64,000 nucleotides of DNA from Gordius albopunctatus (taxonomy: Eukaryota), in contig OZ193909.1 of NCBI GenBank assembly GCA_964276515.1, forward strand, positions 8,804,001-8,868,000. The letters are read 5' to 3'. Positions 1-12,449 of the stretch are shown piece by piece (position 1 is the first letter of the stretch; the number at the start of each line of letters is the position of its first letter). Position numbers and translations under genes: made by a program. A model generated the notes under the pieces. The model searched no databases and was not told where the DNA came from. It worked only from the letters and a program-made list of their open reading frames with translations.

Positions 1-495
1 GAGCAATTGACCATAGTTTCACAAACAAGTATAGGAAAGAATTTCAGCCGCTCTTTACTCCGTTCTCACTTGTTTGAAATTGATGCTCGCCCCCCCCCCC
101 CCAGGGTGAATCTCTAGCTACGCCATTGTTATTTAATAATGACAAAATTAATTATTAAAAGCTTTATTTTATATAAGTATGGCAGATCAAGGGCAGGGTT
201 TGACCCATTAGTTAAAAATATGGATAAATATAGAATCAAATTGTACATGTTTTGATATTATTGCAGTATTTACATGTACATCAATAAATATTGTCAGTAA
301 TTAAGCTAACTAATATCTGAGTGTGGTGGGCGTATGTGTAAGAGGAAAATATGGCACAATTTTACTACAAATATTAAATATAAATGCGTATTTGCTTAAA
401 ATTAATTGTAGGTCTATCATTTTTTAGCTCTGGAGTTCAAGGGATGAGGCGTTGAGGATAAACCCTAAAAATATTACCTATAAAATTAATTAATT

Positions 496-3400
496 TTAAA
501 TTACAGGTGTCCATTCAATATTAATCATTCCTTTTTGACATGAGTCCTTCTCTATACCACTACATTTGTCTACAACTTTAATATTTTGCTTATCACAAAG
601 TTTATCTGTCTCCCTAATGCCTGATTCAATAAAATTCTTCAATATCGACATTTCACGCATTTCAATAGAAAACTTTGATTTTTCATAATCAGCTGTATAT
701 ATAAAATATAGCATACGTGAATAAGAATAAATGATTACTTGAAGCTATTTTACCTCGATAGTCAGTATTTTCTAAGGAAGCGGTGTGGTAACCAGTGTCT
801 ACATTGAATGTGGGAGCATTTAGGCTAAAATATTGTTGGTGCGACGGTATGTTAATGAATGTATATGACGTATGCTTGTCATCCAAACAAGACAAATCTG
901 TCGAATTTTTATGCCATATTACACTACAGGTGTTGTGGCCTGCACGAGTTTCTTCGTGTATACTTGGTGAAATATTGGAGGGAAAATTCGAAGCTTCACA
1001 TTCGTAAATATAAGGTCCTATAATGTTTATGTTAAGATTTTTAATGATAATTAGTCACAAACTTGAACTTAAATGTTGATATAAATTATCGCTGTTTTCC
1101 CCTGGTTTTGAAACATCGTCCTGCCTACTTTCCCAATTTTCTTTATAATCATTGTAATTATGCAAATGTAAATTTTTAGGGATTGCTTCCAATTTATTAG
1201 GCGCCACACCCAAGCCCATTTCCGATATCGCATCATCATAATTGGCAAAAGATATATTATCAAGGCAAGGTGAAACCTCTTCAATAGTCGGTAAACTAAA
1301 TACTACGTGTTTCTTAGGAATTATCATACTAGGTTTAGGCCATGATTTTTCATCAGAATCGTTATCGAATGCTAAGATGACATAAAACATGACTATTTTA
1401 ATAATTGCAACGACTTTTATTTTTTTTATTCAATGAGCTTACCCTTTAAATCATATCGGTCCTCATAGGCACTGTTATCATATTTAGAATCACAGTATAA
1501 ATTTAATTCATTATTTGCTTTATCCATAGGAATCAAATTTGGATCGCTATATCAATTATATCAAAACAAGGTAATTATAAATTAAAAAAGTTAAAAACTT
1601 AACAAATAATATAGTATTTAATTTTTCTAATTTAATCCGGAGTGTTCTCGAACTTACAAATAATGCCTATCATGCTTGATTATTGAATAGTGGCGGACAT
1701 AGGGCTGGCCAAACCAAGCAAAAAAGTTATTTAAGACAAAGCGGATTCAAGGCTAATATTTTGGCATTTGTTCGTAACTTATTCTCACAAAAAGAACATT
1801 TATATATAAGCCAAAGAATATGCTACCTAAAATTATATTCAAAAATAGATAATTGATGTCAGGTTAAACACTCTAAGTTTACGTACATTGCATGTGCCAC
1901 GCTTTCTTACTATTTTAAGGTAGTGTCGCGCATTAAATATGGATGCTATCAATAAAAGTTGTGAGCGATTAAAAGTCAAATCCATATATTAAGATATTTT
2001 ATCATTAAACTAGATTAAGTCCAAATCTTAAACGAAATATTAAACATGTATCCCATTCCCATATTAATAATGTTATTGAGTGGTCATCATATTATATGGC
2101 AAATTTGTTACTAGAATCCTCAATTTTGAATACAATTATTGCTTAAAATGTTGGGTGTATTGGTTAAGAGCTAAAAACAATTCACCAAATTGCGCCAATA
2201 CTACTACTACATCTAATTAAGCAATTCTTAATTTACTAGTAAAATGTTTAAATTGCTTGCACATACTTTGGTTAAAATTTATTTAGGAAGGCGTAAAGGT
2301 TCTAAAATTCAATTCAGATCCCCAAAACATTTAAAGACAAAAATGTTAAATCCGAAAAACATCATAGATTTCCTTAAAAAGACTAAATAATTTATTAACA
2401 CTATTTGCATACATAATAATACCTTGAGTGAGAGATGATATTCCTATCGATATTTTCCATATTGGGGCGTGGATCCAGCCTGTCAAAAGGATCGGTTGTA
2501 TCTCCGTCATCCAATGATATAGACAAGTTTCGCGTACGGTCGCCTAAGTCGTCTTCTACATAAACGATTGTACATATTTTAATGATAAATAATACATCCC
2601 CATCGGCGTAGCCGGGGGGGGGGGCAGCCCTAAATGACGAAAAAGAAATTGTAATGCAAAACCCTTGAAAATTAAAAATTTATGTTTTGCCCTCAGTAGA
2701 ACTTTTAGACGTTTCGCCCCCCCTACAATCCACTGGCTACGCCCATTTACATCCCCGTTCTTACCAATCATGTCACTCGTAGCAGAATGGTGGTTCGTGC
2801 ATTTTGATTCATTCTCCATCTCAATACTAGTATCTAAGATTCATAAATATATGCCATTCTTAAGATTCAGGCATTATTTGATGATTTAATTGCAAAATCA
2901 AATTATTATTTAGGGAGTGAGGAGGGCTGGGTAGAGACCTGCCAAATCGATTTTTTAAGGCCCGGCCCGAGCCCGGAATTTAAAATAAAAAATAAATTAG
3001 GCCCGGCCCGAATTTTAGCATCTTTAAAAACAAGGCCCGGCCCGGAATTTTGGTAATTTCAGAAACTTAATCAAACTTAATTTTGGTAAAGTTTTTATTA
3101 AATAATAAAACGCACATAATAAAATTATAAATCGATAATAAAACTATTTTGATGCAAAAAAGCATAGGCATTAAAATTTTCCGTGTTTAAATTTGTTCTC
3201 CGCTCTGCATAAATGCGGCCCGCTGACGAATAACACCTCTTACTTGAGGCAAAAGCAGGTGTCGAAAAATCTTAGAAACAAGAGTGCTAAGCGCTGGAAA
3301 TGCCACCAATCCATTAATTCTATTTTTCGCGTTGATCTTTAACTTTGTGTTGGTGTCAACTTCATTTTCCTCTACATCTTTCTTCATATAAGATGTTTCA

Positions 3401-6400
3401 TGACATATCCGTTCCACAAAAATGGGCTATTGAGGATATGAGATTTTTTTGATTTTTGTAGGGCTTGTAAGTTTTGTTGAAAGTGGCTTGCATAGGTAAA
3501 TGTCCAATTTTTCTTTTCCTGGACTTTACACCATTTATTTCTTTGCAGATGAGTGTTCCATATTAGGCATTATCAAAACTAACATAAATAATTACTAAGC
3601 AGGAATCATAGGATAACACATTCTTTCAAATCTTACAAAATACAATATCTATTTTCTTATAATCTCTTCCATACTTCACTCTTTCTCTAAGATTTTCTTT
3701 TACTTTATAAAATTCTTTCTGAATATTTTCAGCTATTAGCAATAGATTTTTTTAATTCCATACTTAATTGTTTGTATATTAGAATAAGCGCGAAATGAAT
3801 AAATGAGTGTTTAACAGATTCAATAACTTGTATGAAATTTTATAGATTATTTTTAACAGAATAAAAGACTACTTAGGCTCTTCTAAATTATTCCGGGCTG
3901 GGCATATAATAAATTATGCCCGGCCCGGAATTTTAGAGCCTCAAAATTTAAGGCCCGGGCCTCGGGCCGCCCGTGAAGGTCTCTAGGGCTGGCTACCATT
4001 TATTCTTGATACTTATAAAGAACAGTGGGGAAGGTATATCTTCAAGCTTTGAGCAAGTGTCTACGGCGAGATCTTCTTTAATAGGTGAAATGGAAGGAGA
4101 CTCTATATCTGGTCTGCATCTAGAGTCAGGGGTAGAGGGTGATTGAATTGATCGCGATTTGAGCAGTCTCTTTCGATAGAAATCATTTGACACGGGGCTA
4201 GAAGTTAATTTCCTTGGTGTAAGGGAATTTAACGAAGGCGTCCTAAATAAATTATTTGATAATGTTCCAGTTACATAAGCGATGACACCCATATCTAAAG
4301 ATTCCGACTCGGCGTTTCTAAAAATCCCCGAGCCTGAATACGAAGTTGCTCCAAGCCTATTTTTAAATTTTAATTTTTAAACCTAATTTAATAAATACTT
4401 GGGCGTTGGGGTAAAAAGTTTTCTTTTAGTTGACATTGATGTGTTAACGATGTCTTGTTGCGAATCATTAGACGTGTCGCCGTTATTACTATGAAAGACG
4501 AAACTATTTAACAATTCCGACGTGTCGCAAAAGCTAGGTATACTAAGAATAGTTTGAGTTGAAGTAGATACCATGGTAGCTTGTAATTTATAAAAAAAAA
4601 CAAATTTAAAGAAAACATAGATGATATCTAAAATAGGTAATAGCACAGGTAAAAAGGTAATCCAAAATATAGTAACATGCTGATGAGTTTTTTTTATAAT
4701 TTTTTGTAAATATCTTAAAAACTATCAAAAAACATGAATTGTGTGTGGAAAAAATATAAATGTCAAAGGTTTTTTAGTTATAAATTGTAAAAACTTTAAA
4801 CATTTTTTACAAAGGTGTGGTTTTAACTGACAATTTTACCTTATTTTATAACCATCAAAAAAAACCAATTGACTTAATTTAATTTGGTTGAGCAGTCTGT
4901 CTTATATATAATTATAACAAACAAAACTTTATCAATTTTAATAAACATATTCATCTCTACATTCAAACATAAGCAATCATTATTGCATTCGAAAGTTGCT
5001 TCATTAAGGCCAATCCCTTATAGAGCAATATATATTTTTCTCCAATTTAAAAACGAATAAAACCTTCTTTACTGTAACATAACACTTCCAACAGAAAACG
5101 CACACAAAATTTTAATAATGACACCTAATCTTTAATCATGCATTGGTTTTTTGGGGTCTATGGCTAATATAATTAACATTTATAAGACAAAAGATATTAA
5201 GATTAGGAAATTAAATCTTTCAAAGGCATAACCTTACCATTGAAAATATCTGCATTTATTACATGTTTCTAAGTATCTATTACAAATAAATATATTCGTG
5301 TGTAACTAGAAGGAGTGCAAAAAATCTGCTTCTAGTTTTTCGAAATTCATAATAGGATCCTTTCTAAATATATTTCATTGCTTTTAGTTAAATATTTTCC
5401 TATTGTCGTTTCGAACTATTTATTGCGTTTTAGGTGTAACGTTTCTTATATTTTTAAGGATTAAATAGAGTATTTGACAATTTTAAGCTTATTTCAAAAT
5501 ATTATTTAGAGAATGGCATAAATTTTTTGATTTCTTAACCCTTGAGAGTAATTATGGGGTGTGAGAAACCCCACCTAAGTTTAAATTCGGTTTTAAATCT
5601 AGAATTTTGTTTTTCAGAATTTAGCAAAAGCTATATTTCCTAAAAATTTTATGTGTTTTACCCCAATAATATTAGAGAAATAAGCGTATAACTTTTTATA
5701 GATAGCTTAGAATAATTATATGCAGGCTTTCAGCTCCTTTTAAAGTTAGTAACAAGCATTAAAAATCACCATTTTTTAATACTTCTATTTTTTTGTAAAA
5801 TCATTTTATTGTAAATGCTTGCTTTTTTATTTTTTAAAGCTTCTTTTAATAAAAAAAAACATTTGTTTTTAAATTTTTTATTAGCTGTATGGTGTCCCTG
5901 ACAAAAATAAAAAATAGCATTTTGAATTTTTATAAATATTCTTTGGATTTAGTTAATTGCATATAATTTTTAAACTATTATTTATGGACAAAAAAATTTT
6001 CCCAAGAACCTATAAAAGGCTTTAATAAACATATATTTAAAATTTGGGAAGTGTTTCTATATTAATGTTAAAGTTATGATCATTTAAAGAATGGGATTTG
6101 ATATACCCCATAAGTCTGCCCAGGTTGAGATTTTAATAAGTCCTCTCAATGGTTAGTCACTTCATTTTATTAAATAAATGTTAACTTATATAACATCCAA
6201 TGATGTATTAAATTTGAACTTGAGGAATATAAAAGAGTAGAAATGATACATTCATAAGATCCAATTAGATTAAAAATTGCACAAAAAATGTTATTTCAAA
6301 AAAATAAATGTGCCTTATAATTTTTTGATCTTGTAAAAATATATGTATAAAGCAAGCAATTTTGAGGGAAAAATTATCTTAAAATTAATAGCCCTAACAA

Positions 6401-7961
6401 ACTTTATTTATGAAAAAGAATAATTTTTGTAAATAAAGTGGTTTAAGCATAAATCAAACCACAACATTATTTAAAATACCTATATCCAAATTTAAGATTA
6501 AATTTTGTATATAATTAATACAATTTAAACCTGCATTTATATTTAGAATAAAAAGCTACAAAATTGATGATTGTTATGGCTTATTATTTGTTGCTAGATA
6601 CTAAATTTATACCAACTTATATTGTTTTAGCTTAATTCTTTGAAATTTTTAATCATAAAATTGATGTCAGTAGATTGAGAATATTATACTGAGGGAAAAT
6701 TGTGTGAATTTTTTTATAAATTTAATTGTGGAAAAAATATTAAGGCAAATATTTAAAGCAAAAGATGAGTAAAATTTTATAAATTATCTTTTGTTTTTAA
6801 AAATTAAAGCAATTTGGACTATAGACCCATGAATATGAACTATTTTCAGAAAATGAAGTCTAACAATGAATATGATATTTTTTTATAACGTAAAATGAGT
6901 GGAAGAAGGGATACGTATCCAAATGAAATAATAACACTGAGTGAATGGAGAAGAGGGATATTAATGGATAGGGGAAAAGATGGGCAGTGATCTATTAATC
7001 CAAATTCCTTTAAATTAATTTAATAATTAATTTCCCAAGCCATCTTTTTGCCCATCTATGAATATCAAAGCCTCTGTCTTTATATTTAAAATTACTTTAC
7101 CCACGGATTAAAATATGTTCTGCTTAATTACATATAATTAAAATAATGTTAATTAAGCTAACTTGTATTTTGTATGGCTGGAGAACATATATTTAAGGGT
7201 GAGGCAAAATATTTATCAATTGCTCTTTGGCGCTCAACGTCATCATAAGATGTTTTGTCAGTGTTAAAATGTTGCCAAAATGAGGGAGAATTCTCAATAT
7301 CAATGGGAAACATTCTAGCTCTTTCTCCAATAGACCATTTAAAAGAATTATTTTCATGATCAGGATTTAGTATCTTAAATCTTGCTTTTTCTTTGGGCAT
7401 TGAATGATGACATTTTAATGATTCTATAAAATTTGGAGTCATAAAATTGCCTTTATAAGTAGATGCAGTTTGCTCAAAGGGGTTTGCACTAACATTTAAT
7501 TCTCTTTCACAATTTGGATCATTTAAATGTCGAGATTTAAGGTCAAAATACAAGTGCTGATTTTTGAAAAATTGTGTTTTATAGCCACATACAGGTGATA
7601 AAGTGGTTATATGCTTGGATTGGATAGGTGTTTTATAAATTGGATCATATAATTTATTTAATAAATTATGACTTAATGAACACTTACTAAAGATTTCATC
7701 TGTTTGTGTAAGTTCATTAAACATATCGTCCATGGTAGAATTTGTGACAATGAACTTAAGATCACATTCATGAGGAAACAAGCCTTTTAATTCTTTGTTG
7801 ATGTGATCAATTATAAAATTAGGTGCATGAACCACAATTTTAACATGATTGCATAAGCAGTTGTTGTCAAAATGCAACCTTGATTTTCGCTTAATAATTT
7901 TTGAAGTAGAATTAGCTTTGTTATTGATAATAAAATGGGGAGTTTTACATGATTTATACAT
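496..7961 (-). CDS. BORA: Protein aurora borealis (Bora), multi-exon
   Basis: Exon 1 (7961-7163) encodes NPFE...FKWSIGERARMFPIDIE...ERQRAIDKYF, matching the Bora N-terminal domain. Downstream exons join in phase via GT-AG introns: 4579-4399 (STQTILSIP, KRKLF), 4356-4013 (SPSISPI), 2833-2765, 2555-2423, 1546-1443, 1371-1063, 1017-754 (DTGYHT) and 692-496 (stop). Two small exons (5249-5238, 5016-4969) are tentative. The ORF-track start at 8018 is TTG; the first ATG is 7961. Confidence 0.88.
2601..2747. mobile_element. 147-bp hAT-type MITE (CATGGGCGTAG-terminus group) in a BORA intron
   Basis: Termini CATCGGCGTAGCC / GGCTACGCCCATT; perfect 8-bp TSD TACATCCC at 2593-2600 and 2748-2755. Confidence 0.85.
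2932..3985 (-). mobile_element. Non-autonomous hAT element with dimerization-domain relic, in a BORA intron
   Basis: TIR TAGAGACCT / AGGTCTCTA; TSD GGGCTGGG / GGGCTGGC (7 of 8); subterminal GGCCCG repeats; minus-strand relic FPALSTL resembling the hAT C-terminal domain. Confidence 0.8.
5539..6152. mobile_element. piggyBac-like MITE
   Basis: TTAA|CCCTTGAGAG at the left end and CTCTCAATGG|TTAG at the right end: an imperfect TIR with a TTAA-like target. Confidence 0.55.
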
Positions 7962-8189
7962 GATATTAAACTTGAAAATTTTAAAAAAACGCCAAATTAA
8001 ACATATGACCGAACGCAAACACGTTTATATTCAAAAGAAATCTTCTCAAAAAGAAAGGTACTAGTCCATAAAGCAATTAACAGTTATTACACTAAATTAT
8101 ATGCAACTGTTTATAAAAAAGCAGCTTATTTTTTTGATATGTGTTTAATTAAATAATATTATTTATATTAGCATTTTTTTTTATTTATG

Positions 8190-8236
8190 TAACACTACCA
8201 ACGACGGTCCCAAGTCCGTGTGGAAAAAGTGGAGGG
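8190..8236 (+). ncRNA. Twister self-cleaving ribozyme core (P1-type architecture, P1 absent)
   Basis: T|AA CACT ACCAACG ACGG TCCCAAGT CCGT GTGGAAAA AGTG GAGGG is collinear with the rice Osa-1-4 twister as I recall it. P2 CACT/AGTG, P4 ACGG/CCGT, pseudoknot T1 CCC/GGG, pseudoknot T2 AC/GT. Confidence 0.85.
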
Positions 8237-11184
8237 TTGGCGTCAGGTCGGAAGCCGGCTGTAAAAAGCAACTCCAAACACCATGGCAGCTTCAAATACG
8301 AACTTATACCAGAATGCTAGGGCGTCCTCCCCAAACGACGCGCATTGCATCATCCGCCCGTGCAATGTGAAAAGTATACAAGGGTCACCGCCTCACTCAC
8401 AACGAAGGCGGTTGAGGAACCTAGTTGTCGAACGGACAAGAGTGGCTAGCTGGAATGTGGGCACGCTGACGGGGAAGAGCATCGAGGTTGCGCAGATGCT
8501 AAAAAGGCGAAGGATACACATAGCGTGTCTACAAGAAACGTGGTGGCATGGAACAAAAGCCAGGGAGCTAGGAGATGGTTACAAGCTATACTACTCGGGT
8601 TCCCCATCACGGAAGAACGGGGTCGGTATAGTGCTTAGCGATTCCTTTAAGGACAAGGTAGTCGAAGTCAAACGATGCTCAGATAGATTGATGTGCATAA
8701 AGCTGGCGGATCAAGGCGGCCTTGTCAATGTTATTTGTGCGTATTCGCCCCAGGTTGGATGTTCCGAAAACGAGAAGGACGAATTCTATGAGAAGCTCGA
8801 AGAAGAAATACGCTACGTGAAGCCTGACGAGAATCTCATCATCGGAGCAGACTTTAATGGGCACGTTGGGAAAGAAAGGGGCGTGTACGAACAAAATCAC
8901 GGCGGGCATGGCTATGGAGTGAAAAATAAAGAGGGAGAGAAGTTACTACAGATGGCGCAAGCTTACGATATGGCCATTGGGAATACCTTCTTTCAGAAGC
9001 GTACCGAACATTTAGCGACGTACAGTAGTGGAAATCACCTTACACAGGTCGACTACATATTAGTGAAGCGCAAAAATTTGTGGCAAGTTAAAGATTGCAA
9101 GGTTATACCGGGGGAAGAAATCGCCAAACAACATCGGCCAGTTGTCCTTGATATAGCAAGAAAGATTTTTCCCGTAAGGAGAAAAGTCTACACACCAAGG
9201 ACAAAGTACGAAAAGCTTAAGGATGATCATGCAAATGAAATGTTTCACGCTCGAGCAACTCCGCTCTTGAAGGTTGCAGGCTTGGAGGGCGACATTAACA
9301 AAAGGTGGGGCACCGTTGCAAATGTTCTAAAGGAAACGGCCTTTCAAATATTGGGACGAACTAAGGGCGGCAGAGCTCACAAGCGTGAACCACTACGATG
9401 GTACAAAACGAAGAAAGGAGAAGACTACGAGGCATATCGTGAAGCGAAACGCAAAGCTAAGATAGCGGTCGCGATAGCGAAGAACGAGGCTTACACCGAG
9501 ATGGCAAACAAGCTCTATACCAAGGGCGGCCGGCGACATAGTCATGTATAAACTCGCAAAAATCAGGGAGAAAAAAAGTCGAGATGTCGGGACACTTAAA
9601 GTCATTAAAACGAAGGAAGTCATCAAAAGATGGAAAGATTATTTCCAAAATATGATGAACAAAACGAATGATAGAAGACCTCTAGAAGATGGAACCGAAC
9701 TCGAACTTGGTTTTACCATTTCAGGCTTATGAAATAGGAGCGCAACTAACGAAGATGCGGAAAGGGAAAGCGCTAGGTCCCGATGATATACCGATCGAAG
9801 CTTGGCTTGGGTGCAAAGGAGAAGGAATCGATATAATGACAGGCCTATTTAACGCTATGCTGTATGAGAGTCGTATCCCTGACCAATGGAGGGAAAGTAC
9901 GATAAGGTAAAGGAGACGCGCAGGAATGTGGCAACTTTAGAGGTATCAAGTTGACCTGTCACTCACTAAAACTACTAGAAAGGGTGCTAGTGAAAAGGCT
10001 CAATGACGAAGTTTGTCTCTCGCCCAATCAGTTTGGATTTGTGGCCGGTAAATCAACGATGGACCCAATCTTTGCGTTGAAGCAGACGATGGAAAAATAT
10101 GGCGACATAAGAAAGAAATTACACATGGTCTTCATCGATTTAGAAAAGGCCTACGATACGGTTCCGAGAGACTTAATATGGTGGTCCCTTAGAGCCAGAA
10201 ATATACCCGAAGGATATGTTCGACTTATCAAGGAAATGTATAATGGCGCGGTTGCATCTGTTAGGACTACCGTAGGAGTAACGAAACCCTTCCGAATAAT
10301 GATCGGACTACATCAAGGATCAGCGTTAAGCCCATTCTTGTTTAATCTAATTATGGATACAATAACAAAGGACTTGCACAAGCCAGCCCCTTGGACTATG
10401 CTATATGCCGACGATATTGTCCTATGCGATGAAACAAGAGAAGGGGTTTTTCATCAGGCGAAAAAATGGTCAGAACGTTTCTCGGAATTCGGGTTAAAGG
10501 TCAGCGAGAAGAAAACGGTTTACATGCAAACGATGGGCGGTAGTCCGCAAATGCACAAAATTGACGGTCCAAGGTACACGGAGGTTGATAAGTTCACATA
10601 TCTTGGCTCGCTATTACATCAAGAGGGAGGATGTACCGCCGAAGTCCATTCTCGAATCAAGAAAGCATGGCTCAAGTGGCGCAGCATCTCCGGTGTCATG
10701 TGTGACAAAAAGATACCAATTTGGTTGAAAAGCAAGGCGTACAAAACCATCGTGCGACCGGTCTTGCTTTACGGGAGCGAAACATGGGCTGTAACCACCG
10801 CGGAGGAGAAACTCTTGCAAGTCACGGAAATGAGAATGGTGCGATGTAGCTTAGGCTACACCAAGCTGGATCGTATGACGAACGAATCCTTGATGACAAA
10901 GATGGGTATACAAGCGACGAAGGACTTCTTAAGAGAAAATCGACTGCGGTGGTACGGCCATGTATTGCGAAGAGACGAAGACGATGTCACACGGCGAACG
11001 CTGGAGATGGAAGTGCCTGGAAGAAGAGGAAGGGGCAGACCACGTGCCACCTGGAAACGACTGGTTGAAAAGGATATGGGCATCAAACAGATGGAAATTG
11101 GCATGGCATTTACGCGACTCAGGTGGAAGAGGCTGCTGAAAACGTACCCCACATGTGGGATTTTCAACACGATAAAGAAGAAGG
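8191..11184 (+). mobile_element. RTE-clade non-LTR retrotransposon, both ends present but frameshifted
   Basis: APE endonuclease (SWNVGTL, CLQET, GADFNGH, QVDYIL) from 8283; RT motifs (QFGF, FIDLEKAYD, GLHQGSALSPFLF, YADD, FTYLGS) in 9951-11204. Frame breaks near 9545, 9700 and 9905. AAG-repeat tail at 11175-11184. TSD-like AGCATTT..TTATGTAA at 8170-8192 and 11185-11199. Confidence 0.95.
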
Positions 11185-11254
11185 AGCATTTTTATGTAAT
11201 TTAGCTATTAAATTTTTTCAATATTTAGTTTATTTGTTTGTAAAAATGTCTTCC

Positions 11255-11935
11255 TTTTTGAACAGCTTTTTTTTTGAATACACTTCAACTCTCCAACAAA
11301 GAGTTCAGGATTGGAACAGGGCTCCGCCTAGGAAGTGATATAGTTGCTCCTCATAAATGCAACTTATGTGGCTCATCTGTCGGTACAAAAGGTCACCATG
11401 GCCTGCATTGCAAATTTAATAAGGCCAGATTTCTACGGCACACATCTATTAATGCTCTTATACAGAAGACATTCAAAAAGGCGGGCTTTCTCTCCCAATT
11501 GGAGCCTAATGGTCTTTGCCTTAGCGATAAGACAAGAAGAGACCTGATGGATAGACCGTCATTCAATGGGCAAAAGGGCTATGCCTAGCTTGGGACTACA
11601 TTTTTCCGGATGCCTTTGCTCCCTCAAACCAAAACAAAGACCCCCTTGTTGATTCTGAAAGATTAAAGTCCGCTAAATACGCAGAACTTAATTCCTCACT
11701 GCTTTTCTCCCCTATAGTGACCACTACCCTTACAAAAATAGGTCCTAAAACCCAAGCCCTTCTGAAAGAATTGGGACGCCGTATAGCTGCCAATACCTTT
11801 GACAATAGGGAAACTTTCTTCATTAAACAGAAAATCGGAATCATTATTTGTCATTTCAACGCTATCGCAATTTTCGAATGTTTACCTCGCATATGATTTT
11901 TATAGTTGTTTATAGTTTCATTTAATAAAAAAAAT
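11255..11935 (+). mobile_element. 3' fragment of an RLE-type (CRE-like) non-LTR retrotransposon
   Basis: LRLG...CNLC...GHHGLHC zinc knuckle, RH motif, LEP, then after a frameshift RPDG...W...LAWD (restriction-like endonuclease) and LLKELGRRI; A-rich tail near 11925. Confidence 0.75.
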
Positions 11936-12449
11936 AGACAAAAAAAATTAAAAAAAAAATAAAAATAATTCCTCACCTTGATAATATTAAACTTGTTGAC
12001 TCTCTGCCATCCAACTCCACAACTCTCTGCGATCATTATATAGTTTAGGTATGAAATCAAATTTAAGGTAATAAGGGTTGTATTGGAACACACATTTCTA
12101 AAATGATTTTCGACATTTTTTGATGTAATGTAACAAGTTATTTAAAAAGCTATTTTTGTATCAATTAAATATTAATTTATAAGATTAATAGACAAAAAAG
12201 AAACTACCGTAATGTTAGTGTATTTCACTTACGCCTTAAAATTTATATGAATACCAAAGCCAAATATATAAATACAAAATCCCACGAACCACAAACAAAA
12301 ACTACGACGACTAAATTATATACCGGGGAAATGGGGAATAAAAAAATATATATCGACGTTCTGCGGGATAATATTTATCCACGTTCTAGCTATCTGAATT
12401 CTTTGTGTTTAACGTATAAAAGTAGCTCTACTTAGGGCGGAAATTATGG

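Noticed and set aside
8679..11189. Several antisense ORFs within the RTE
   Set aside because: These are shadow frames of a higher-GC coding region, with no recognisable motifs.
8191..11935. Single dual-endonuclease (APE plus RLE) retrotransposon
   Set aside because: The RTE has its own AAG tail and TSD ending at 11199, before the RLE fragment begins.
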